In this document: piece after piece, positions 39,801-49,593 of the stretch
How the letters are laid out: every line of letters begins with the position of its first letter
Position numbering within the stretch: position 1 is the first letter of the stretch
Source of the DNA: Desulfurococcales archaeon
Lineage (GTDB): Archaea; Thermoproteota; Thermoprotei_A; Sulfolobales; AG1
Reading direction: 5' to 3'
Length of the DNA: 64,000 nt
Assembly: GCA_015521765.1 (NCBI GenBank)
Contig: WANO01000038.1
Span: 722 to 64,721 of the forward strand
Notes under the pieces: generated by a model
The model's input: the letters and a program-made list of their open reading frames with translations, nothing else
The model's database searches: none
Told to the model about the DNA's origin: nothing
Position numbers and translations under genes: made by a program

Positions 39801-39976
39801 TCGATCTCTCTTGTAGATAGTGCTTGGGCAGCGGCCTCTAGGGGTACACGCTTCCATATTATCCTCTCGGTGGCGGGTGCCTTCTGGGGGACCTGCGCTG
39901 TGGCTGGGGTCGCTATGAATATAGCCAGTGATACGAACAGTATAGCTAGAAATATATATGAAGCAGACTTCTTCAT
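36818..39976 (-). CDS. Large family-5 ABC substrate-binding protein with C-terminal coiled-coil stalk and TM anchor
   Basis: Signal peptide; NPF..DIRFNLNFVVDRD; WHHGQQITFAD; heptad repeats; terminal hydrophobic helix followed by RR. Confidence 0.88.
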   Translation of the reverse strand: MKKSASYIFLAILFVSLAIFIATPATAQVPQKAPATERIIWKRVPLEAAAQALSTREIDLYLFALRPKALQELAGKPGIKVYFAPSGLVDIGLNPAPVLLVNVPGVFNDKEALAERLGVHPLVIAYFEPQEDKTYVELCAKPLGGLPDDVEVVREAENVDINPFCFRDIRFNLNFVVDRDFIVKNVYAGYAIPKFALYGPDDPVYVELADVIAKYKFTYDPDRAKQAVQSVFEAIGAEMRDGTWYYNGKPVQVLGIIRVEDERLDIGRIFANELRNLGIQVQPLELTFGEAITKVYATDPFNFEWFFYTEGWGKGAIDKWDPGNLAFFGAAWLGWAPGWGVPDWWNYKNDTIDFYSMSTFLGRVNSKEQWIEYLRTGTDLAIQESIRIWIVAVLSGYATREDLQGVTVDLGAGLRSLFNFRAINIPGKDTLRVGHLWVWTARTVWNPLGGFDDVYSVDPMRATNDPGIWRHPFTGEVLPFRVSFDVETAGPEGKLDVPSDAIWWDAENDRWVYASELGRTQATSKVVFDYSRIVGSNWHHGQQITFADIIGYIAEILDIVYDPEKSQIEAAIAGPSRQIYDGFVAFRPLPEENKLEVYVNFWHFDPGYIADYAISGFNFLDNPFELIAAMDTLAFVEKLYALDETRARAENIPQLSLVIKEHVEDVRITLNDLKAQYDRYKGFFTLPDGTTLMSMEEWNRRIDAAISWIDRYGLAWISQGPFMLTSFDKDAQQLTLEAFRDPTYPMTVAESFFGIPETVSVLRVVSPLIAPGEPAKITVQVSGPEPLSVRFIIRDPATGEVVASDWATQTAPGVFTIELSAEITSKLAEFSAYELIVTAFSGQIALPDERVVILQTAAATRKIIQEEISGVEERISNVEERISGIEERISDIESSIENLRESLQQQFESRLEALREALGERVTTSIQELATGVSRSISDLSDTFTAGLRDVTEGLREVTGVTEELSNRIDAVSSRVEEVRSELASSIDKLSVAVEGKADKSDVQQLSDMITEVLTKAEEAGSTASTAMMVSIANLVLLLVAIALLVMRRGGG
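37300..37385 (-). repeat. 21-nt-period coding repeat (EERISxV/I heptads)
   Basis: TATCCTCTCCTC recurs three times at 21-nt spacing. Confidence 0.75.
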
Positions 39977-40098
39977 ACGCAACACCATCAATACCATATT
40001 TAGGTTTGGGGGGTTAAAAATATGAGATTTTAAATTATATTATACAGCACCTTAAAATTAAGGTATTTAAAGTAATAATATAACGCGGTATATAGAGA

Positions 40099-40611
40099 TT
40101 GAACACGAAAACAATAGCCATAGGAATAACCCTACTGGTTCTAAGCCTACTCTCAGCTATAACCTCGCAGGTAACTGAGACAATCATACTGATTGAGGAG
40201 ACCACAATAAGTAGGCCCATACGGGAAACTCTAGTTGAACTATTCAACATAGATATATCCAGGACATACACGCGAGCGATCCTAAAGATAGAGAATAACG
40301 GCGAAACACCCGTTAAGATAGCTGTAGTCGGCAGAGACGTTCAGGAAAAAACCATTGGGCCCAGCAGCTCGGGGCTGTTTAATGTTGGCAGCATTATAGA
40401 TCTATTGATAGTAGAAATACAGAACAAGGGGGAATCAGCAACCCAACTGAGCATTAAGGCCGTGATCGAGCTCACAGAGATTAAGAGACCCTATAGCTAT
40501 CTAGCTATACCAAGCCTAATACTGTTTATAGCGGGCAATATAGTGATAGCCCTCGGAATAATAGGCGCATCTATAGAGAGATACAGGCAGGTTGAAGAAG
40601 CACAGGAATAG
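40099..40611 (+). CDS. Hypothetical membrane protein
   Basis: N- and C-terminal TM helices flanking a beta-rich domain. Confidence 0.7.
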   Translation: MNTKTIAIGITLLVLSLLSAITSQVTETIILIEETTISRPIRETLVELFNIDISRTYTRAILKIENNGETPVKIAVVGRDVQEKTIGPSSSGLFNVGSIIDLLIVEIQNKGESATQLSIKAVIELTEIKRPYSYLAIPSLILFIAGNIVIALGIIGASIERYRQVEEAQE

Positions 40612-40614
40612 AAG

Positions 40615-41190
40615 CTAGCCACACAGCCTAGATAGACCCTCGACAACACCGGGATCAGAACTCAACACACTCCTCAACCTCTTATCCTGGGTATCGCTAC
40701 CCCCTATATTGTAGATTAGATACGCCCTAGAGTAATTATATATCGCTACATCATCCAAAGAACCCTCAAAGATAGCGTCACAAAGAATAGCCGCACTACG
40801 AGCCTCGGAACACAGTTCTTCAGTCTTAGATGGAGACATAAGCATGAAATACCTAAATCTCGAGAACCTGCGCATACACTTATCGCTAGCTACAACGGAT
40901 CTCGCATCATCGCACGACTCGATAATCATGCTCAGCGTTTCTCTAGCCGAGATATTCTGATCTATAGTCAGATACCTGCCCCCTACATGCTCATAGATAT
41001 TGCTCACGCATGATTCTGGTGGATATATAAAAATGATTCTTCTAAACTTCTGCGAAACCATAGACATCAGGGAGTAATCTATACAAAAAGACCTTCTAAC
41101 GCCCTTGATACCGAGATCCATGATCCATGATGCCGAAGCGATCCTTGTATTCGAGAGGCATTTAACCAGATCCTCCGAAGACATACCCAA
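40615..41190 (-). CDS. Hypothetical protein
   Basis: 191-aa ORF filling the gap; Cys-rich; no family recognised. Confidence 0.55.
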   Translation of the reverse strand: MGMSSEDLVKCLSNTRIASASWIMDLGIKGVRRSFCIDYSLMSMVSQKFRRIIFIYPPESCVSNIYEHVGGRYLTIDQNISARETLSMIIESCDDARSVVASDKCMRRFSRFRYFMLMSPSKTEELCSEARSAAILCDAIFEGSLDDVAIYNYSRAYLIYNIGGSDTQDKRLRSVLSSDPGVVEGLSRLCG

Positions 41191-41232
41191 TCAAACCAAC
41201 AATATAGGTTAGCCAACAGAGCAAATTAATAT

Positions 41233-41245
41233 ATCCCGCCCCAAA
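41233..41245 (+). repeat. 13-bp direct repeat ATCCCGCCCCAAA, left copy
   Basis: Identical copy at 42925-42937. Confidence 0.8.
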
Positions 41246-41347
41246 ACCAAAGCTGCAGACAATAATACACAGCAAACACATGCGCTAATCTTGCACTCTC
41301 TAACCAGTTAAAGAGAATGCATATAAAAAATCCCCCAGAAAATATAC

Positions 41348-42922
41348 ATGGTGAAGGTTTTGGTGGCGAAAATAAAGAATCTAGCTCTAGGACTAGCTAT
41401 AATGCTGATAATAGCCTCCACACTACCAATGATAACACTAACACAGTCACAGACTATGGAGCCTATGAGCGCAGATCAAGCAGTAATGATTCCGCCACTA
41501 AGCGGGAAAGTAAAGAACATAATACTCATTATCGGAGACGGAATGGGCATCGAGGAGATAACCCTAACGAGACTCGTATATGGATCACTCAACATGGCTA
41601 GATTCCCATACACAGGGTATGTGCTCACATACTCGCTGAGCGGGGAAGTGACGGATTCAGCCGCAGCAGCAACGGAGATAGCTACCGGTGTAATGACGTT
41701 CAACGGAATGATCGGGATGACATCAATTAACGGAAACAACTTCAAGGTAACAACAATACTGGAGATAGCCGAAATGATGGGTAAATCAACAGGGCTGATA
41801 TCAACAACAAGAATAACCCACGCAACACCGGCATCGTTCGCGGCACACGTGCCTGATAGAGGCATGGAGACGGAGATAGCCCAGCAACTAATCATGAACG
41901 ATGTAGACGTGCTCTTTGGTGGAGGCGCATCGAGATTCAGTGAGGAGCTGCTAGCTATGGCTAGAGAGAAGGGATACCAGGTTATATTCACTAAGGAGGA
42001 GCTATATAGCGTTAGAGGCGGAAAGGTGCTGGGGCTATTCGCCAGGAGCCACCTACCCTATGTGATCGATAGAGACGAATCGATACCCAGCCTACCCGAA
42101 ATGACCAGGGTGGCTCTAAGCATACTGGAGAAGAATCCAAACGGCTTCTTCCTGATGGTTGAGGCTGGAAGAATAGATCATGCTGGACACACAAACGACC
42201 CAACATCGGTTGCTGCAGAAACCAAAGAGCTTGACGATGTTGTTGGTGTAGCGCTAGAGTACGCTATGGAGAGAGGAGACACGCTAGTTGTGGTTACGGC
42301 AGACCATGAGACTGGAGGCTTATCGATAGGCGTCACGTACGGGAGATCGATAAACTTCGAGCTATTGAAGTCGGTTAGAAAGAGCCTTGAGAGCATGGCT
42401 AGAGAGATAAGCGAGGGTGCAGATGTCGCCGAGGTGGTAAGCAAGTACAGCGATATAGAGCTAACCCAGGAGGATGTTGAATGGTTCAACCAGAGGGTTC
42501 AGGAGCTGCTGCCATCTAGATTCGCGGTAAGCAACGCTCTAGGGGAGCTGATATCTAGGAAGCTTGGTGTAGGGTTCACAACACACGCGCATACAGGCGT
42601 GATGATCCCAGTAATGGCGTTTGGGCCAGGAGCAGAGATGTTTACGGGTATAATGCACCATGTAGATGTTGGAAAGAGACTGGCTATAGCTATGATATTC
42701 GGTGGAGAGATCTCCACACAGACAATGGTGTTTGCTCCTAAAGATCTAAAGGGAGACCTAGACGGAGATTCAGAGGTAACTATACTGGACGCATACCTAA
42801 CCCTAACACTATTCGTTGGCGAGTTCGTCGATACAAGGCTGGAGACCCTGATTGATATGGATGGGAACGGAATAATAGACTACATGGATGTTGTACTTAT
42901 CCTGAGCGAGGCAACAAAATAA
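41348..42922 (+). CDS. phoA: Secreted alkaline phosphatase with C-terminal dockerin-like domain
   Basis: IGDGMG, VTDSAAAAT, THATPA, EAGRIDHAGH and TADHET; two DxDGD/NG Ca-loop repeats at the C-terminus. Confidence 0.92.
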   Translation: MVKVLVAKIKNLALGLAIMLIIASTLPMITLTQSQTMEPMSADQAVMIPPLSGKVKNIILIIGDGMGIEEITLTRLVYGSLNMARFPYTGYVLTYSLSGEVTDSAAAATEIATGVMTFNGMIGMTSINGNNFKVTTILEIAEMMGKSTGLISTTRITHATPASFAAHVPDRGMETEIAQQLIMNDVDVLFGGGASRFSEELLAMAREKGYQVIFTKEELYSVRGGKVLGLFARSHLPYVIDRDESIPSLPEMTRVALSILEKNPNGFFLMVEAGRIDHAGHTNDPTSVAAETKELDDVVGVALEYAMERGDTLVVVTADHETGGLSIGVTYGRSINFELLKSVRKSLESMAREISEGADVAEVVSKYSDIELTQEDVEWFNQRVQELLPSRFAVSNALGELISRKLGVGFTTHAHTGVMIPVMAFGPGAEMFTGIMHHVDVGKRLAIAMIFGGEISTQTMVFAPKDLKGDLDGDSEVTILDAYLTLTLFVGEFVDTRLETLIDMDGNGIIDYMDVVLILSEATK

Positions 42923-42924
42923 AG

Positions 42925-42937
42925 ATCCCGCCCCAAA
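42925..42937 (+). repeat. 13-bp direct repeat ATCCCGCCCCAAA, right copy
   Basis: Identical to 41233-41245. Confidence 0.8.
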
Positions 42938-42979
42938 TTATATTTCCAAATTTTTAATTTTTTATATCTTCCTATCTAT

Positions 42980-43717
42980 CTATTTCGGATTTTCCCGGCT
43001 TTTACCAGTATCGGTAGCCTTCTCAGGGTATGGACAAAGATCTCTTAGAGGACAATCAGAACACCTGGGATTCCTAGCCCTACAGTAGGTTCTACCCAAA
43101 GCAATAAGCAGTCTATGGGCACTGTCGCTTGCATCGGCCCCAAAGAACCTTAAAAGAGCATCCGAAATCTCTCTGTACCCAGCCTTTCCACCAACAAGCC
43201 CCCATCTCTTAGCTATTCTGGCTGCATGGGTATCGACAGCGAAAACCGGAGCCCTCCTATATAGCGAGAGGAAGACATCAACAGTTTTGAACCCCACACC
43301 CTTAATCTTCAGGAGGGTTTCACGAAGCTTAAAGGGGTCCTCCCTAGAAAGAAAATCCTCGCCTCCGGCATCGATCACGAATCTAGCCAGCCTCTTAAGG
43401 GTTTCAGCCCTACGGCTAGCTAGTCCGGCAGGCCTGATGGCCTCCTCGATAGCCCTGGTATCGGCACTAGCTATAGACTCCGGATCTAGACCAACACGCT
43501 CTTTAAGCCTACGGTACGCCCTAATAGAGTTGATGTCGCTAGTATTCTGGCTCAAAACAAGAGCAACTAGGAGCGAAAACGGACTCCTGGGCCTGTCTGC
43601 ATATGCCACAAGAGCCGTGTAGTCCTCCCACCTCACCTTAAGGCTCCTTGAGAGTATGTCATATACTGTCTTTCCATCGGCTCTATCCCTAATAGATCTA
43701 GCCATACCCGCAACCAC
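42980..43717 (-). CDS. nth: Endonuclease III (HhH-GPD glycosylase)
   Basis: LSQNT, IKGVGFKT, VDTH and CRARNPRCSDCPLRDLC FeS motif. Confidence 0.9.
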   Translation of the reverse strand: MVAGMARSIRDRADGKTVYDILSRSLKVRWEDYTALVAYADRPRSPFSLLVALVLSQNTSDINSIRAYRRLKERVGLDPESIASADTRAIEEAIRPAGLASRRAETLKRLARFVIDAGGEDFLSREDPFKLRETLLKIKGVGFKTVDVFLSLYRRAPVFAVDTHAARIAKRWGLVGGKAGYREISDALLRFFGADASDSAHRLLIALGRTYCRARNPRCSDCPLRDLCPYPEKATDTGKSRENPK

Positions 43718-43750
43718 CTAAACCCGACTAAATACCCCTAACAATAAAAC

Positions 43751-45310
43751 TTAGCTAGTTGAACCATAACCTCCTCCACCTGGAGTTTCTATAACTACTA
43801 GATCTCCAGGATCCAGATCGATGGTGAACTTGCTCGGCATACTGATCCTTGAACCATCACGCTTAACTATAGTAACAGATCCCGTAGCCCCGGAACCCCC
43901 TCCAGCAAGCCCCCTGGGACCGATCCTGAACCTATCGGCAAGAATAGAGAGCCTCAACCTGGATAGAGCCTTAAAAGATCTAACAATACCATCACCACCC
44001 CTGAACCTGCCGGAGCCACCGCTACCATACCTAATACGGTACTCGCTAAACAATATAGGGTAGCTTCTCTCAGCAATCTCGATTGGTGTGTTGAGGGTAT
44101 TGGTCATATTAACGTGAACACCAGAAACACCATCACCATTAGGCCTAGCTCCACTACCCCCGCCTATAGTTTCATAGTAGGCCCAGTACGATCCCTGAGA
44201 GTCGATCCCTCCCATCATAACATTCATCATAGTACCGCTACCCTGAGCAGGCACCCTGTGGGGTATGGCTTTAGCTAGAGCAAGCAATACAGCATCAGCA
44301 ATCCTCTGGCTAGTCTCGAGATTACCTCCAGAAACCGGGGCCGGCTTAACAGGATTAACTATAGAGCCCTGGGGAGCATGCACATCTATAGCGCTGTAGA
44401 AACCCTCGTTCGTTGGTATATCTCCACCAATAACCGATCTAACGCTAAATGAACACGCGGAAAACGTCACCCCAAAGACAGCATTTAACGGAGCCTCAAC
44501 CTGCGGGCTGCTGCCAGTGAAATCTATATGGATTCCTGAACCCCTGATCTCTAGCCTAACCCTAATATCTAGAAGATCATCTCCCCACTCAAGATAATCA
44601 ACAGCCTCATAGACACCCTGCGGCCAGCTAGATAGCTCCATAGCCACAGATCTCCTAGCATACTCAATTGAGCTCTCCCACCCCTCGAGAACCTTCTTCA
44701 AGCCGTATCTATCAAACAGCTCCCTAACCCTGGAAACACCCATGCTGTTTGCAGCGATCTGGGCATTTAGATCTCCAAGAGTGATCCTGGGAGTCTTACT
44801 GTTCTCCACAAAAAACCTCAGAACATCCCTAGCCAGCTCACCCCGGCTATATAGCTTTACTGGAGGAACTATAACGCCCTCCTCATATATGCTCCTGGCT
44901 GAGGGATTAATGCTTCCAGGCTGGGGACCCCCAACATCAACATGGTGAGCCTTATTAACGGCGTAGCCAGCAAGCTTTCCACGATAGAATATCGGTGTTA
45001 GAACCATCACATCGTTTAGGTGGGTTCCAGCTATATAGGGGTCGTTAAGTATGATCACGTCTCCCTCGAATAGCTCCACACCCTCACGCTCAATCCACTT
45101 AAGGGTATTTTCAACACCAACCCTGAATGAGCCTAGGTGAACAGGTATATGCTCGGCCTGAGCAACTATTCTTCCGCTACGATCCACGATCGCGCAGCTG
45201 TGATCCATCCTCTCCCTAATATTGGGAGAGAAGGCAGAACGCTTTAAAGCAACACCCATCTCCTCAGCGATAAACACCGAGGCCTTATGAATAACCTCCC
45301 AACCCACCAC
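43751..45310 (-). CDS. Hydantoinase B/5-oxoprolinase subunit
   Basis: [32 protein letters not shown] and TPGGGGYG motifs. Confidence 0.93.
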   Translation of the reverse strand: MVGWEVIHKASVFIAEEMGVALKRSAFSPNIRERMDHSCAIVDRSGRIVAQAEHIPVHLGSFRVGVENTLKWIEREGVELFEGDVIILNDPYIAGTHLNDVMVLTPIFYRGKLAGYAVNKAHHVDVGGPQPGSINPSARSIYEEGVIVPPVKLYSRGELARDVLRFFVENSKTPRITLGDLNAQIAANSMGVSRVRELFDRYGLKKVLEGWESSIEYARRSVAMELSSWPQGVYEAVDYLEWGDDLLDIRVRLEIRGSGIHIDFTGSSPQVEAPLNAVFGVTFSACSFSVRSVIGGDIPTNEGFYSAIDVHAPQGSIVNPVKPAPVSGGNLETSQRIADAVLLALAKAIPHRVPAQGSGTMMNVMMGGIDSQGSYWAYYETIGGGSGARPNGDGVSGVHVNMTNTLNTPIEIAERSYPILFSEYRIRYGSGGSGRFRGGDGIVRSFKALSRLRLSILADRFRIGPRGLAGGGSGATGSVTIVKRDGSRISMPSKFTIDLDPGDLVVIETPGGGGYGSTS

Positions 45311-47298
45311 TAGGCCCCACCCACCTCAACTATATCGAGCTCACCTAACCCACCAACCCTAGCCACCCAGCCCTCGGGTACTATAGTGGTTGAGCTATAC
45401 TCCTCGATAATCGCAGGTCCCTGGATAGAGGTGCCTGTGGGGAGATCATCTCTCCTATAGAGCCTAGCCCTCACCCACTCGCCAGCTATGAAGGCTTCTC
45501 TAGAGCCATAGCTAGAGACCGAGGACCCCGAAGACTGGTAGAAAACCCCAAGCCTAGGCTTAACCCTGGAAACAACACAGTAAACCCTAACGGTAACAAC
45601 CTCTATATCACTATCGAACGTGAATCCATATACAGCCCTATGCTTCTCCTCAAAAACCCTCCTAACCAGATCTAGATCAGCATCCCTGGGAACAGAGACA
45701 GTGAGCTCCCAGCCCTGGCCAGCATAGCGCACATCGGCATACCTAATAAAGTAGCATCCACCACCAACCCGCGAGGCAAGCATCTCCTCAAGCCTCCTAA
45801 AGGAGCTATCCAGATCCTTAGAAAAGCTCTCCCTAGCCTCAAACCTCCAGTCGGCTAGAAGCATCCCGTAAGACGTGAAAACCCCGGGGGCTGGAGGTAT
45901 AATAACCCTAGATAACCCAAGCTCTATAGCTAGCTCGACAGCATGCTGAGGACCCGCACCCCCATAGGCCACAAGCACGAAATTACCCGGATCATAGCCC
46001 CTCTCAACAGTAACGAGCCTGATAGCCCTAGACATCTCGATGTTTATGAGATCCACAGCGTTGATGGCTACATCAACAGGATCCCCCAGCATCGACAGAC
46101 CCCTCTCAGCAAGTCCGCGATCCAGCTTGAATCCGCCCGCAAGCCTCGAGCCGATCCTGCCAAGCAGCAGGTTAGCATCGGTTATAGTGGGCCTAGCTCC
46201 TCCACGGCCATAGCACATGGGGCCGGGATCGGAGCCAGCGCTAAAGGGCCCAACCCTTAAAGCTCCCGCATCATCTCTCCAAATTACCGTTCCACCACCG
46301 GCGGAAACCTCGGCGAGATCAACAAAGGGGAATCTAACAGGGTAGCCGCTACCCTTAACGATCCTTCCATGGTGGCTCTCACCACCAACCTCATACTCAG
46401 AGGTAACCTCAACCACGCCATCAATAACCGTTCCAGCCTTCGCTGTAGTGCCACCCATATCGAAGCTTATCGAGTTAGCTACACCAATAAGCTTAGAGAA
46501 TTCAGCAACGGCAATAACCCCTGCAGCAGGCCCCGACTCTATGAGCTGGATCGGTCTTCTACAGGCCTCATCAACATCGACCAATCCGCCTGCACTAGAC
46601 ATTATATAGAAGGAGCCGCATCCAAGATCCTTGAGGGACCTCCCAAGCCTATCTAGGTAGGAAGACACGATAGGCATGAGAACAGCATTAATCACAGTGG
46701 TCGAGGTCCTCTCATACTCCCTGGGCTCATTAGCAACCTCATGAGAAAGGGATACGTATCTAAACACTTTAGAGAGTATAGAGCCAGCCGTCCTCTCGTT
46801 GGATGGGTTGGCGTAGGAATGTAGAAGAGATACAGCAACACTCACAACATCTAGACTCCTCAGTCTATCGGCTAGATCCATAATCTCACCGGGATCTATA
46901 GGTGTAGCAACATCGCCGCTGGGCATTGTCCTCTCAGAGACCCCGAACCTGAGCTCTCTAGGGATAAGAGGCTTCGGCTTCTTAAAGAATAGATCATATA
47001 TCCTGGGCCTATTCTGCCTACCAATCTCGATGACATCGGTGAATCCCTTTGTAGTGATCAACGCTGTTCTAGGGAGCTCCAGCTTTTCCTGGCCGAGGAG
47101 GGCGTTGGTTGCTATGGTTGTTGCGTGGAGGACCTCCTTTATTGATCCCTTATACCTAGATAGATTCGATACTACAACCCTATCGGGCTTCTCGGGATCG
47201 GTAAGATCCTTGAAATAGGCAACAGAGCCGTCTTCATCAACCACTATAAAATCAGTGAACGTTCCACCTATATCTACGGAAACCACGTAGCTAGCCAA
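45310..47298 (-). CDS. Hydantoinase A/5-oxoprolinase subunit
   Basis: [29 protein letters not shown] and GGAGP motifs. Confidence 0.93.
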   Translation of the reverse strand: MASYVVSVDIGGTFTDFIVVDEDGSVAYFKDLTDPEKPDRVVVSNLSRYKGSIKEVLHATTIATNALLGQEKLELPRTALITTKGFTDVIEIGRQNRPRIYDLFFKKPKPLIPRELRFGVSERTMPSGDVATPIDPGEIMDLADRLRSLDVVSVAVSLLHSYANPSNERTAGSILSKVFRYVSLSHEVANEPREYERTSTTVINAVLMPIVSSYLDRLGRSLKDLGCGSFYIMSSAGGLVDVDEACRRPIQLIESGPAAGVIAVAEFSKLIGVANSISFDMGGTTAKAGTVIDGVVEVTSEYEVGGESHHGRIVKGSGYPVRFPFVDLAEVSAGGGTVIWRDDAGALRVGPFSAGSDPGPMCYGRGGARPTITDANLLLGRIGSRLAGGFKLDRGLAERGLSMLGDPVDVAINAVDLINIEMSRAIRLVTVERGYDPGNFVLVAYGGAGPQHAVELAIELGLSRVIIPPAPGVFTSYGMLLADWRFEARESFSKDLDSSFRRLEEMLASRVGGGCYFIRYADVRYAGQGWELTVSVPRDADLDLVRRVFEEKHRAVYGFTFDSDIEVVTVRVYCVVSRVKPRLGVFYQSSGSSVSSYGSREAFIAGEWVRARLYRRDDLPTGTSIQGPAIIEEYSSTTIVPEGWVARVGGLGELDIVEVGGA

Positions 47299-47423
47299 GA
47301 AGCACTACCAGAAATAGATAATCTAGGGGAAGAAAATATATAGATAACCTATCACATGTGGGAACCAGTGTAATTAAACAAAATAATATATGATGAAAGG
47401 CTAAAATAGACCGGTGAATAGAG

Positions 47424-49211
47424 TTGAGCGAGAGCTGGAGGCTTCTTAGAGATCTTGAGGAGCTGGTGAAGATACCCATCTACGGGGTTGTTGGTGTGGC
47501 CAGGAATGGGGTCCTGATCTATGCAACAACCATCGAGGGGACAGCAGACATCTACTCAAGGGACCTCAAGACGGGTGAGGAGACTAGACTAACTAAAAAG
47601 GGAATATATACAGCGTCAGCAACCCACAAATCGGATATCGTGGTATATGGGGTTGATGAGAGCAAGGGTAGAGAACTGATCAAGCTCTATACAGTGAACG
47701 CTAGGGGAGGGGAATCGAAGCCCCTATCAGATCTTCCACCAAGGAGACTAACGGGCTTAGCATGGGACGGGGAAAAGGTTATTGTATCGCTAGTTGGCGA
47801 AGGGAGCTTCGAGGTGTGGAAGATCAAGCCCAACAAAACACAAGAGCTTCTAACCAGACACAGCAAACCTCTAGCGGTGACCTCAACTTCTGATAGATAT
47901 ACAGCAGGCTTGGTGTGGGAGTCTGCAGAGGCGTGGAGCATATTTATTCTGGATAACTCCAGTGGCGAGCTCAGAGAGTATTCTCCACGGAAAGGCTCTA
48001 TGAATAGGAGCCCTGTCCTCAGCGAGGACGGAACAAAGATTCTTTTTGCCTCTAACTTTGAGGGTAGGGAGGGGCTTTATGTAGCCGATACGGAGAGGCT
48101 GGAGGTTGGTAGGGTTAGAACAAGGTTTAGAGATCATATAGCCGATGACCCTGTTGAGTACGTGGCTTACGATTGGATCGATAGCGGGTCGATATGGTTC
48201 ATGGGGAAGAGGAACGGTAGAGTGAGTCTCTATATAGATGGGAGAAGAGTAAACCTCCCTCGAGGGTTCTCGATGGGCGGTAAATACTATGACGGCAAGA
48301 TCTATCTGTCGAGGTCCTCGCTCACAAGCCCTCCAAGGATAGTTGAGGTAGATGTAGATAGCAGAAGATGGACAACCCTATATGGGGGTAGAATAGCGAA
48401 CAGAAGGATCCGGCAGGCATTTGCTAGAAGCTACATGACCAATATAGAGAGCTTCGACGGCCTCAACATACCGACATACATTGTTGAAAGCAGATACGCA
48501 CCCAAGCCGGGGCCAACTGTTCTCTACGTGCATGGCGGCCCCTGGTGGGAGGTCGCCGACTACTGGGAGATAATCATGGCCTCACTAGTTGTGTCGGGCT
48601 TCCATGTTGTAGCTCCCAACTTCAGAGGATCAACTGGTTATGGAGAGGAGTTCAGGAGGCTCGATATAGGGGATCCAGGTGGAGGGGACCTCAAGGATAT
48701 AGTGTATGTAGCTAGATGGGCGAGAGATAGCGGCTTAGCCTCTAAGCTAGCCATAATGGGATACAGCTATGGTGGGTTCATGACCTTCCTAGCAACGGTT
48801 AAGGAGCCCGATCTATGGGATGCCGGAGTAGCCGGTGCAGGGGTGGCAGACTGGGAGGAGATGTATGAGCTTGGGGACCAGCTATTCAAGCAGTTTGTCG
48901 AGATGCTTTTCGCGGGTAAAAGGGAACTCTGGAAAGATAGATCCGCAATCAACTTCGCCGAGAACCTGAAGGCGCCGCTATGCATCATACACCCACAAAA
49001 CGATACCAGAACACCCCTAAAGCCCGTGTTGAGATACGCCCTAAGGCTCAGCGAGCTAGGCAAAACCTACGAAATGCACATCATACCAGATATGGGGCAC
49101 ACAGTAAATAAGGTTGAAGACATACTGAACCTGGTGTTTCCCGCAGTAAGATTCCTAACCAGAACTATAGGCATGGATTCAGGCACCGGAAACGGAAAAT
49201 CCCCGGAATAG
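47424..49211 (+). CDS. S9 acylaminoacyl peptidase
   Basis: HGGP, GYSYGG, DTRTP and MGH triad. Confidence 0.93.
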   Translation: MSESWRLLRDLEELVKIPIYGVVGVARNGVLIYATTIEGTADIYSRDLKTGEETRLTKKGIYTASATHKSDIVVYGVDESKGRELIKLYTVNARGGESKPLSDLPPRRLTGLAWDGEKVIVSLVGEGSFEVWKIKPNKTQELLTRHSKPLAVTSTSDRYTAGLVWESAEAWSIFILDNSSGELREYSPRKGSMNRSPVLSEDGTKILFASNFEGREGLYVADTERLEVGRVRTRFRDHIADDPVEYVAYDWIDSGSIWFMGKRNGRVSLYIDGRRVNLPRGFSMGGKYYDGKIYLSRSSLTSPPRIVEVDVDSRRWTTLYGGRIANRRIRQAFARSYMTNIESFDGLNIPTYIVESRYAPKPGPTVLYVHGGPWWEVADYWEIIMASLVVSGFHVVAPNFRGSTGYGEEFRRLDIGDPGGGDLKDIVYVARWARDSGLASKLAIMGYSYGGFMTFLATVKEPDLWDAGVAGAGVADWEEMYELGDQLFKQFVEMLFAGKRELWKDRSAINFAENLKAPLCIIHPQNDTRTPLKPVLRYALRLSELGKTYEMHIIPDMGHTVNKVEDILNLVFPAVRFLTRTIGMDSGTGNGKSPE

Positions 49212-49593
49212 AGAGAGGGATCGTATATATCTGAATCCTTATCTCTTTTTAATATTATATCGAAACATCTATACATCTATCTATACCCCCACAGATGTAG
49301 GGAATCAATTAATGCTGTAGATAGCCGCGCCTCTTGAGGTCCTTGTAGAGGATTTCGAGGCGGATAGGGAGGGACCTCACATCCCGTATACTCAAATACA
49401 GGTTGTTCCACGGATCTAAGCTGTAGATCTGGTTAAAGAGTTTCGGGAGGTCCCCCGATAAGTGTTTTTCATCAGCAAGCGAGAAGGATGTTAGGAGACC
49501 ACTGCATATTATTGAGGGGGAGAGCATGTAGAGGTGGAGACGAGAACCTTCAGCGGTTTGATACTTGCACTTTTATTCTAGATAACTTGATAT

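Noticed and set aside
49309..49527. YKDLKRRGY resembling a tRNA splicing endonuclease motif
   Set aside because: Match too short, and the rest of the ORF does not resemble EndA; left as a possible gene relic
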